This document shows, piece by piece, positions 1 through 7,850 of a stretch of 32,000 nucleotides of DNA. The notes under the pieces are model-generated. The model worked only from the letters and a program-made list of their open reading frames with translations. It was not told the DNA's origin and did not search any database. The DNA is from Bifidobacterium longum subsp. longum JCM 1217 (GTDB taxonomy: Bacteria > Actinomycetota > Actinomycetes > Actinomycetales > Bifidobacteriaceae). The DNA lies in contig NC_015067.1 of the NCBI RefSeq assembly GCF_000196555.1, positions 1,650,001-1,682,000 of the forward strand. Reading direction: 5' to 3'. Position 1 is the stretch's first letter. Every line of letters begins with the position of its first letter. The translations under genes were made by a program, and so were the position numbers.

Positions 1-401
1 GGGTGGCGCACGGAGGCGAAGTCGTTGGAGAAGGAACCGCCGACGCGATGGGTGGGCGACTGCGGATTGTCCAGTGAGGGGAACGCCGCTTCGAGTCGTT
101 CGAGGCAACGCATGCGCGCATCGTAAGCGGCGTCGGAGCTGACGGGTGAGTCGTCGATGTAGTAGGCGATCTGATCGGATTCCACCCATGCGGCCACGCG
201 AGCCCACAGGCGGGCGGCGGCCTCAGCGGTCATCGTGTTCACGTCGAAACGGTCGAGGCGTATCGCGTCGTCGTCAGTGGGCTGCAGTGCGGCTATCCAT
301 TGTTCGGAGCCAGGGGCAAAACGTGCAATACCGGTATCAGGCCGGACCTCGGCCACATCCCCATCGTCGAAATCCCATGCCAGTTGTTCGTTCGTGCTCA
401 T
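1..401 (-). CDS. ligA: NAD-dependent DNA ligase LigA, N-terminal part (gene continues beyond the window start)
   Basis: Not in the ORF track because it runs off the edge. Hand translation of the reverse complement from the ATG at 401-399 gives MSTNEQLAWDFDDGD...AARLWARVAAWVESDQIAYYIDDSPVSSDAAYDARMRCLERLEAAFPSLDNPQSPTHRVGGSFSNDFASVRHP. This matches the LigA domain Ia/adenylation N-terminal pattern (YY..D.P..SD..YD.L...L..LE..FP.L...SPT.RVGG...F..V.H). Confidence 0.85.
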   Translation of the reverse strand, partial: MSTNEQLAWDFDDGDVAEVRPDTGIARFAPGSEQWIAALQPTDDDAIRLDRFDVNTMTAEAAARLWARVAAWVESDQIAYYIDDSPVSSDAAYDARMRCLERLEAAFPSLDNPQSPTHRVGGSFSNDFASVRH

Positions 402-465
402 GGTTGTCTATCCTAGCGGGCTCGGCTCCCCTCGGCCGGCTATACCGTCAACTCCCCTCAGGCGG

Positions 466-3400
466 CTACGCGGATAGCGAGCGCAGGAACTGGGCTTGGA
501 TGATGTCGATGTTATCGCCTTCGCCGTCATTCATGCGGGCCACAGCCACCGAGAGCGTGCGGGCCGGCACGAACATGCCCTCATCCACGCACACGCGAGC
601 GGCGTCACGCACGATGTCAGCCACTTCGATATGCGGCCAGACCGGCAGATCATGCGTGGCAAGCACATGGGCGGCGGCCTCCACCGATTCAGGCACCGGT
701 ATGCACTGCGAGTCCGCACGGGAAACCAGTTCCTGCAGTTCGCTTTCCAGCGAACCAATGGCCCCGGGAGCGATGTGATCGCTCATAATGTAGGCTGCGG
801 CGGCTGTGTCGAACCGGTCAAGCATCCATTCGGCGTACGCGAACCGGTAATAGGCGAACGCGGCATCGTCGCGGTCCAAGGCCACGCGCAGAGCATTCAG
901 GCAGGCGGCGCGTGCCGAATCCCAATCCTCATTGCGGGCCAGTTGAATGGCGAGCTTCAGATGTGAGAGCGGGTAGGCGGGCGCGTACGCCACCATACGG
1001 TTGAGATGCGGGATGGCCGCCTCGGCACCCTTGATCTGACTCAACACGTCAGCCAGCTCCATGTGCGCGTAGAACAGATTGTCCGGGATAAGCACCGTAC
1101 GCTCGTCCAATGTGGCGAACAGCCGATTGTAGACCACGCGCTCGGCATAGGAGTTGAAGTATCGAGGTACGCCATGGCCTGCCGCATACACCTGGTCCAA
1201 ATGGGCCACGGCCGCTTCGGCCGCTTCGATGGCCTGATCGGCTTGGCCCGAGAACAGCATATCTCGGGCGCGCAGACGCTCCTTGTCAAGATCGTCGGCA
1301 AGCGTGAACGTGAAGTCCGGCGTGTCCTTGCCATCGATCAACGCACTGGTGACCTGAGAGGCCAAACCGGTCAGTTCGGGATCGCATATCGATTCGATGA
1401 CCTGCATGGCTCGCTGGGCCTTTTCCACGGAGCCGAGCGACGTGTTCCTGGCGATATCGTGGAATTCGTTGACGCCATGCTGCAGCAGGTCCACTCGCTG
1501 GATAGCCAGTCCGGCACTATTCTGTGCGCCCAGCACGTGAGCGGTCGCCGGACTGAATTGACGGTCGGCCAGTTCGGGCTCCTCCTGGGATCCGGTGGGA
1601 GAGAACCGGCTGTCCGCCAAGTCGAAGTCGGCGCTGATGGGTTTCAGACCACCTTCGCCGTCCACGTCCATCACGGCACCGAACATGCGGTAGGTTTCCT
1701 CGGGATTGTCAAGCCCAGCGGTGTCCAGTCGCTTGAGGAAGGCATCACGGGTGAAGGTGACGGTGACCATATTGCGCACGGTGGGATTGCGGCGCAGCAC
1801 ACTCATCGGATCATCGTCCATGCCGGCGGCCCCATCAGCACCGTCAGTGCCGACGCCCTCGCCGCCGATACCGCCCAGGTCGTCGCCTGCGCCGGTATCG
1901 TCCGGCATGCCGAACGCCATTTCGTCGATATCGATGCCCTTCATCAGGTCTTCGAACTGCGAATCGATGGACGCAGCGCCATCGGCGTCAGCAGATTCGG
2001 CCGCGGCCTGATCCGTAGCATCCGCAGACGGTCCGGTACCGTTGCCTGCTCCCCCGGCCGTGCCGCGTTCGTCACCGGACGCCGTCTGCCCGAACGTCTC
2101 CTCATGGGTGATGGGGCGGGTCGGGTCGCCATGGAAATCACCATCTTTGGGGTCGGCTTTGGAACCCACACGCCCCAAATCGCCACTGCGTAGATGTTCG
2201 AAGGCGCTTAGGGCCTCGCTCATCATCGCCTCGATGGCGGAATCCTGTTCGGCAATCGCCTCTTCAAGACCAATGGAATCGATGTGCAACGACACCTGGC
2301 GCACGGATTCGCTGGTGCCGAAACTTAGCGCGGCCATCATCAGGCCGACACGCAGGTTGTAGGCGGCGCTCATCGACGCGCGTTCGGCGCTACTCAGCGC
2401 ACGCCACGTACGTCGAGTGGTGTCATACCGGCTATCGGGCATCATCGAGGTGCCGGCGGTGGTGAAGCCAATGGCCACTTCACCCGAATCCAAGCGCGAC
2501 CGGAACTCCACGTCAAACCGATACGGCAACCGTAACCGGCGCAACAGTGAAGAGAGGGTCTGACGATACACCCATTCGTCGCTCCTCGCCGGCGAATACG
2601 AAGGACGAGCGGCTTGAGTGTTGGTGTCGCTCTTATCGGTCCGTTCTACAGCGCCCTCAGCACTCTCAGTACTTTCAGCGCCCGCAGCATTCGTCACACC
2701 CGAATCCGGCACGTTCTGCTGGGTCAGCACATCTCGAGGATCGGGGAATTCACTGCGAATCTGTCCAGCCGTGCGTGCGGCGATATCGATCAGGCTCAGC
2801 ACGGCCCGACGCTCCTGCTCGCCATCATACGGGTCAAGCGCCATAATCGCAGGGTTTTCGATGAGTTTCATGTCGATTTGCGCGGCCTCGGCACGGGTCA
2901 CCGTATCTTCCGTAGGGTTGCGTCCCAAGGAAGCGTTGCGCTCCAACCAAGCGCTCACCGCAGCGAATCGGTTGAGGTTGCCTTCGATCTTCAAGGATTT
3001 CAGCGCCTGCCCGAATGCCAAGGACTTATCCCACGTAAAGAAATAGCCGCTCGAATACGTCGAGGTGTACAGGTGCAACGGTTCGGCGCCATGCACCGCT
3101 TCCAGTCCCGGCGTGGTGTCGAGAGCGCCGGCTTCGCGCATCAGATCGGCGAAATGATCCTCCAGACCGGAGGCCCGCATGCCGTGGGCACGTGCCGCCA
3201 AAGTGTCACGCACCGAACGGCGAATCGCACCGATTGGCGCCTCACGGTTGAGACGGCGGAAGATATTGCCGGAACCGAATCCGATGAGCAGACCATTGAT
3301 CTGCGGCAACATATACGTGGCGAAGAACGCGATGGTAATGGCATCGCGGTATTCCAAATCATGACGCATCGCAGGCGGCAGATTGGCACGCATCTGCTCA

Positions 3401-4089
3401 AGCGTGTACCGGTTGCCGGCCTTGAGCCATGAGGCGAGCCACGTCATGCGTCCGGTGTCGTCACGCCCCACCACGCCACCGGTAATGGCCTTCACACCGT
3501 CAGCACCATGACCAAGGCCACGTCCCAAACCACGCCCATGATGCAGCGCACTTCCCAGGCCACGGTCTGTACGGGAGAAACCGGAACGTGAACGAGGCTC
3601 GTCGCTTTCGCCCAGCCGCTCACCGTCCGGCAATGTCACTTCTTTTTCCTTGCCGAACATAAATCGCGCCTGCATATCCTGCACGTCCATGTTGGGGTCG
3701 GTGCCCACGAATACGCGGCCATGCGTATCGGCGAACGCCACCTGCGCAAAATGATCGCGGTCGGGGAAAATGCCAAGCGAAAAGCCACGGCCTCTGGTGG
3801 AGGGCAGCTGCGCCCATCCAAGCACCAGCCCTTCCGGCACGTTCTCCAATTCGGGGAAGGTGCGCCGCTTGATTACAGGACTCAGCGCCACTGCATGGCG
3901 AGTCAGTTCGTCGATAATGCCGCCTTTACGCTCACTGGTCTCCCGCAAGGCATCGCCGAACGGATTCGTATCGTGCTTCTTCGGCTTGGACAGTCCCAGA
4001 TCGGCCGCGAGCGCGTTCATCGAATCCTTCAGCCCGCCCAGCAGTGGCGTGCGGTTGTGCTTCCCATGGTCCGATGTACGTTTTGGCAT
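466..4089 (-). CDS. Large (1207 aa) soluble protein of unknown function with a C-terminal TPR-like helical-repeat region and an internal acidic Gly/Asp/Ala-rich low-complexity segment
   Basis: Longest ORF in the region; all overlapping ORFs look like GC-rich shadow frames. I see no TM segments and no signal peptide. The C-terminal ~250 aa (AEAAIPHLNRMVAYAPAYPLSHLKLAIQLARNEDWDSARAACLNALRVALDRDDAAFAYYRFAYAEWMLDRFDTAAAAY) reads like TPR/helical repeats. No catalytic motif recognised. It lies co-directional with ligA, 64 bp upstream. Confidence 0.8.
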   Translation of the reverse strand: MPKRTSDHGKHNRTPLLGGLKDSMNALAADLGLSKPKKHDTNPFGDALRETSERKGGIIDELTRHAVALSPVIKRRTFPELENVPEGLVLGWAQLPSTRGRGFSLGIFPDRDHFAQVAFADTHGRVFVGTDPNMDVQDMQARFMFGKEKEVTLPDGERLGESDEPRSRSGFSRTDRGLGSALHHGRGLGRGLGHGADGVKAITGGVVGRDDTGRMTWLASWLKAGNRYTLEQMRANLPPAMRHDLEYRDAITIAFFATYMLPQINGLLIGFGSGNIFRRLNREAPIGAIRRSVRDTLAARAHGMRASGLEDHFADLMREAGALDTTPGLEAVHGAEPLHLYTSTYSSGYFFTWDKSLAFGQALKSLKIEGNLNRFAAVSAWLERNASLGRNPTEDTVTRAEAAQIDMKLIENPAIMALDPYDGEQERRAVLSLIDIAARTAGQIRSEFPDPRDVLTQQNVPDSGVTNAAGAESTESAEGAVERTDKSDTNTQAARPSYSPARSDEWVYRQTLSSLLRRLRLPYRFDVEFRSRLDSGEVAIGFTTAGTSMMPDSRYDTTRRTWRALSSAERASMSAAYNLRVGLMMAALSFGTSESVRQVSLHIDSIGLEEAIAEQDSAIEAMMSEALSAFEHLRSGDLGRVGSKADPKDGDFHGDPTRPITHEETFGQTASGDERGTAGGAGNGTGPSADATDQAAAESADADGAASIDSQFEDLMKGIDIDEMAFGMPDDTGAGDDLGGIGGEGVGTDGADGAAGMDDDPMSVLRRNPTVRNMVTVTFTRDAFLKRLDTAGLDNPEETYRMFGAVMDVDGEGGLKPISADFDLADSRFSPTGSQEEPELADRQFSPATAHVLGAQNSAGLAIQRVDLLQHGVNEFHDIARNTSLGSVEKAQRAMQVIESICDPELTGLASQVTSALIDGKDTPDFTFTLADDLDKERLRARDMLFSGQADQAIEAAEAAVAHLDQVYAAGHGVPRYFNSYAERVVYNRLFATLDERTVLIPDNLFYAHMELADVLSQIKGAEAAIPHLNRMVAYAPAYPLSHLKLAIQLARNEDWDSARAACLNALRVALDRDDAAFAYYRFAYAEWMLDRFDTAAAAYIMSDHIAPGAIGSLESELQELVSRADSQCIPVPESVEAAAHVLATHDLPVWPHIEVADIVRDAARVCVDEGMFVPARTLSVAVARMNDGEGDNIDIIQAQFLRSLSA

Positions 4090-4150
4090 GATTCACATTG
4101 TCTCTTGTTTGCCCGACATCAAGCCCGAATAAAGCCTATAGAATAAATGC

Positions 4151-6448
4151 GTGCATTCCATAGACCACACTCGCGCAGACCGTCCGATGCCGTCGAATCA
4201 TGAACGGCACCTGCCCAGCCGCCCGGATACCCGGCACCGGCTGCGTTTGGTGCGCCTGCTGATCGCCTTGCTGGCCGCCGTCGCCGCCATCGCCGCCATG
4301 GAGTGCATCGTGTTCAACCTGCCGTTCTGGCGTACGCTCGGAGCGAGCACGGATACGAACGCCGTGCATAACACGCTGGGTTCGGGTCTCACGCGCCGGA
4401 ATGATGGCATGTTGACCGTCACCGATCCGACCAAGGCCTATCTTGAACTGACCGCGGACGGCACGTCGGATTACCTACGCATCGATACCGAGAGCAGCAA
4501 GGTCATCGATAAGGCCCGCGAGCAGGCCGAGGCCGAATCCAAAGCGAACGACGATAAGGAAGTCTTCAAACCGCTGGCGACCATTCATGTGCGCGCGGAT
4601 GTCGATGGCATCACCGGCAAGGCCCAGTCGATGAATCCCGACGCTATTCGCAGCCATTATGTCAAGGCGCCGGGTGCCGGCATCGTGCGTATTTGGATTC
4701 AGGAAGAGCGCGGCGCGATCGTACCGGTCACCGACGCCCGCGCCAACGTGCGCGTACCGTTCGTCATCAATTGGATGCGCGTGCTCGCCATGGCCTTGGT
4801 GTTGCTGATGATTGCCGTCTGGAGGCCGGGATCGCGCCTGTGGCGTATCACGCTTGACCCGTCCAGCACTCGGCAACGACTTGCTTTCGTGGGGCTTCTG
4901 GCGATTCCTACCCTGCTTATCGGCGTATCCATCATCCACGAACTGTGGTACACGTCTTCGCTCGTCTTCCACGTTTCCGGCGATTACACCTATGATTTCG
5001 ACCAGTATGGGCATGTGGCCGATGCGCTGGTCGCCGGCCGGCCCTGGCTCGACTTGCCGGTTCCCGAACAGCTGGCCGCCACCGAGCACCCCTATGACGT
5101 AGCCACACGTGCCCAGCTACTCGCCAATGGAGCCAGTCCGCTCTACTGGGATTACGCGTATTATGACGGTCACTGGTATTCCTATTTTGGCGTGTTGCCC
5201 GCAGTGCTGCTGTTCGTCCCCTATCGTCTGCTGGCCGGTCATAATCTGCCGACATCCGCCGCCGAGTATATTCTCGTGCTGCTGTTCATCATCTTCTTCT
5301 CCTTGCTGGTGCTGCGCGTCATCCATCGTGTGATGCCGAAGACTTCGGTGGCGGCCGCGTCGTTAGTAGTGGTCTCATCGTTGGTGAGCGCGCAAATGGG
5401 GTATTTGCTGTATCGCACGAACTTCTATCAGATACCGTTCGCCGCATCGCTGACGTTGACGTCGCTGGGACTATGGCTATGGCTCGGCGCGGACACGTCC
5501 CGCCGTCCGCTGAGACCATCGGACCGATGGCAGGCGGGCGATGCCAAGCCTCTCTCCCTGCCACGACTGGCCTTGGGCGCCTTGTGCATTGCGGCGAATT
5601 TCGGATGCCGACCGACGTTCACCTTGGCCGCATTGCTTGCGTTCCCCCTGTTCTGGCCGCAGATTCGCGCGCTGGGCACCGGTCTGCGCACACGCCGCAT
5701 CAAGCCGTTGCAGGCGTTGCGCGCGCCGCTGGCGGTAATCATTCCCGCCATTCTCGTCGTGACGCCTCTGATGGCGTGGAACATGGTTCGGTTCGATTCC
5801 CCGTTCAATTTCGGCAATGCGTATCAGTTCTCCATATCCGATATGACCCGGTATACCACCCCGTCCGCGGATATGCCCGCCAACATCTGGTATTACCTGT
5901 TCCTGCCGCTGCGCTTCATGGATCGTTTCCCGTGGCTGGCGGGCTCTCCCGCCCCGATGCCGCAATGGGGTTATTACGAGGTGATGGTCGGCGCGATTTT
6001 CACGGCCACGCCACTGACCTTGATGGCTTTGGCGCTGCCCCTGCTGCGCAGATTGGAAACACACGGCATGCGGCCATGGCTGATGTCTTGCTTGGCCGTG
6101 GCGGCGGTGCTGGTCGTATTCGACAGCCGCGTCGGCGGTTTGGGATGGCGGTATTCCGCCGATTTCGGCTGGCTGATCTCGCTGGCGTCCATACCGGGGC
6201 TACTGTGGCTGGTCAATGGGCGCGAACCGAGCCGCTCATTGGCGGGGGCCAACGACGCCGCTTCAGGCGATGGCATCGCCCGCGTCACTCCGTGGCGTTG
6301 GCTGATGCGCTGGGTCGTGATGCTGGCCGTATTGTGGGCGCTGGGCATAGCCATACTAAGTTGCTTCGTGCAGTCGCGCAGCGATTCGATGATCGCCAAC
6401 AATCCGACGCTCTGGCATCAGGTTCAGTCTTGGTTCACCCTGCTATAG
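4151..6448 (+). CDS. Polytopic integral membrane protein, probably a GT-C-fold (polyprenyl-phosphate-sugar dependent) glycosyltransferase-like envelope protein
   Basis: 765-aa ORF (GTG at 4151; alternative ATG at 4187). Layout is an N-terminal TM helix, a ~170-aa extracytoplasmic segment, then more than 10 hydrophobic helices. The loop segment YDFDQYGHVADALVAGRPWLDLP...YWDYAYYDGHWYSYFGVLPAVLLFVPYRLL resembles the first periplasmic loop plus TM of ArnT/PMT-like GT-C enzymes. Family call is by eye only. Confidence 0.7.
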   Translation: MHSIDHTRADRPMPSNHERHLPSRPDTRHRLRLVRLLIALLAAVAAIAAMECIVFNLPFWRTLGASTDTNAVHNTLGSGLTRRNDGMLTVTDPTKAYLELTADGTSDYLRIDTESSKVIDKAREQAEAESKANDDKEVFKPLATIHVRADVDGITGKAQSMNPDAIRSHYVKAPGAGIVRIWIQEERGAIVPVTDARANVRVPFVINWMRVLAMALVLLMIAVWRPGSRLWRITLDPSSTRQRLAFVGLLAIPTLLIGVSIIHELWYTSSLVFHVSGDYTYDFDQYGHVADALVAGRPWLDLPVPEQLAATEHPYDVATRAQLLANGASPLYWDYAYYDGHWYSYFGVLPAVLLFVPYRLLAGHNLPTSAAEYILVLLFIIFFSLLVLRVIHRVMPKTSVAAASLVVVSSLVSAQMGYLLYRTNFYQIPFAASLTLTSLGLWLWLGADTSRRPLRPSDRWQAGDAKPLSLPRLALGALCIAANFGCRPTFTLAALLAFPLFWPQIRALGTGLRTRRIKPLQALRAPLAVIIPAILVVTPLMAWNMVRFDSPFNFGNAYQFSISDMTRYTTPSADMPANIWYYLFLPLRFMDRFPWLAGSPAPMPQWGYYEVMVGAIFTATPLTLMALALPLLRRLETHGMRPWLMSCLAVAAVLVVFDSRVGGLGWRYSADFGWLISLASIPGLLWLVNGREPSRSLAGANDAASGDGIARVTPWRWLMRWVVMLAVLWALGIAILSCFVQSRSDSMIANNPTLWHQVQSWFTLL

Positions 6449-6568
6449 GACCGGACCGCTCGGCGACCCGCCAAGCTTCAGTATTCTCCCAGCATTCCGG
6501 CCGGTGTTTTCCAAGACCTGCGGCATAATGTATGTGACGTAATTCACTAATCGTTTACCCATACTGTC

Positions 6569-6961
6569 GTGAGGGTTTCCCCGTGTCCACTGCCGTCCGT
6601 AGTCGCGTCTTCCAGCTACACCGTTTCCGCTGAGGGGTACCCGGATTACACGGCCAACGCCATCACCAGCGATGAGGCGGCCGCCGCATACCGTGAGGCC
6701 GCCGCCGGCGACGCCGACGGTTCCGGCAATGTCGGCGGTACCAGCACGGCGAGTCAGACGACCACGGTATCGAGCAATGACATCGCCTCCACCGAGCACG
6801 AGTTTCTGGTGTTGGGACTGATCCCCAAGGTCAAGAACACCATTACCCTGACCATCACCGACACCGACGGCAACCTCAAGGCACAGTACAAGATGGTGCT
6901 CAGTTCGGGATGCATCTGCCGCGTCTACCAGTACGGCTTCCGCGGCTTCTACTTCGCGTGA
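6569..6961 (+). pseudogene. Possible gene remnant: an isolated beta-sandwich-like fragment reminiscent of the N-terminal domain of arylsulfotransferase (ASST)-family proteins
   Basis: 130-aa ORF with a GTG start, no convincing RBS and no signal peptide. The segment YTVSAEGYPDYT...TEHEFLVLGLIPKVKNTITLTITDTDGNLKAQYKM recalls the ASST N-domain from memory. The ORF then ends in a junk-like tail (SSGCICRVYQYGFRGFYFA) with no catalytic domain. Weak call. Confidence 0.3.
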
Positions 6962-7017
6962 GCCTCGGCATCGGACTCACGGCCGATGCCAATCCTCCAA
7001 CGGCCGATTCCTATCTG

Positions 7018-7842
7018 CTACCGCTTCGCAGCCTCATACTTGCGGCGAATCAGATCCTCATAAAACGCCACAGCCTCAGCCGGCGCTCCGTCAAACGCGA
7101 CCGCGTGCTCGTCCAGCACCAGTACGCGGTCGATGGCGTATTCGGGCCGGCGGATCATATCCGTGTCATGCGTGGCGAAAATCACCTGCTTGTTGTAGCT
7201 GAACAACGCCTTGGCCACATGCGCGGCGCCAATCTCATCCAATCCCTTGCTCGGCTCATCCGCCACAATCGCACTCGGCTCAAAGCTCAGCGCGGCCGCA
7301 ATAGCCAGCAGGTGCCGTTTCTCGGAGTCCAGTTCGCTGGCCTTGGCCTTGGAGACCTGCGCCAAATCAAAATGCGCGAACAGATTGCCGATGCGCGCAT
7401 GACGTTCTGACTCGGGCACCTTGTGCTTTTTCAGCGCTTCGGAAACAGCCTCGGAAATATTCGCCGCTTGGTAAAAGCTGTTCGGAATCTCCTCGCGGCG
7501 AACTTCGCCGACCAGATTATCGATGCGCTTCGCGTCCTTCTTCACAGCCGGGTCAAGACGTTCCTCACCGCCCGCAATGGTCACCGTGCCGGCGTTGGCC
7601 TTCAACGAACCGTCCAGCAGACCCAGCAATGTGGATTTGCCTGCGCCGTTCAGTCCGATCACAGCCACCCGCAGCTCGCTGATGGTGATGTCCGTGGGAG
7701 CAAGTCCCACGTGCCCATCATCATACGTATGCCCGGCCTGATCCAAAGTGAACGTCAGCGACGCCAGGCGTGGCAGTTCTTTCGGTCTAAACAAGAATCC
7801 CATGCCGCTATTGTACGTGGAGTACAGGCGTGGTGCCGGCAA
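7018..7842 (-). CDS. ABC-type ATP-binding protein, stand-alone, with a degenerate signature motif
   Basis: Walker A GLNGAGKST, Walker B IVADEPSKGLD, H-loop ATHD. The LSGGQ position reads LDSEKRH. Alternative start ATG at 7803 (MGFLFRPKE). The ORF start is 8 nt downstream of the aminotransferase stop. No permease gene is adjacent. Confidence 0.85.
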   Translation of the reverse strand: MPAPRLYSTYNSGMGFLFRPKELPRLASLTFTLDQAGHTYDDGHVGLAPTDITISELRVAVIGLNGAGKSTLLGLLDGSLKANAGTVTIAGGEERLDPAVKKDAKRIDNLVGEVRREEIPNSFYQAANISEAVSEALKKHKVPESERHARIGNLFAHFDLAQVSKAKASELDSEKRHLLAIAAALSFEPSAIVADEPSKGLDEIGAAHVAKALFSYNKQVIFATHDTDMIRRPEYAIDRVLVLDEHAVAFDGAPAEAVAFYEDLIRRKYEAAKR

Positions 7843-7850
7843 ACACCGGC

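Noticed and set aside
146-778. 210-aa + strand ORF spanning the ligA start and the 3' end of the 1207-aa gene
   Set aside because: It is antisense to two well-supported minus-strand genes. The product is extremely Arg/Ser-rich, so it is a shadow frame.
1006-2193. 395-aa ORF, plus several 60-270-aa ORFs, overlapping the 1207-aa gene
   Set aside because: All are nested in or antisense to the much longer 466..4089 frame. They are Arg/Gly/His-rich and lack RBS signals or motifs.
5473-6528. 351-aa + strand ORF and 195-aa - strand ORF inside the membrane-protein gene
   Set aside because: These are alternative frames of the 4151..6448 gene. Their products are Arg/Gly/Ala-rich without hydrophobic helices, whereas the chosen frame gives a coherent polytopic membrane protein.
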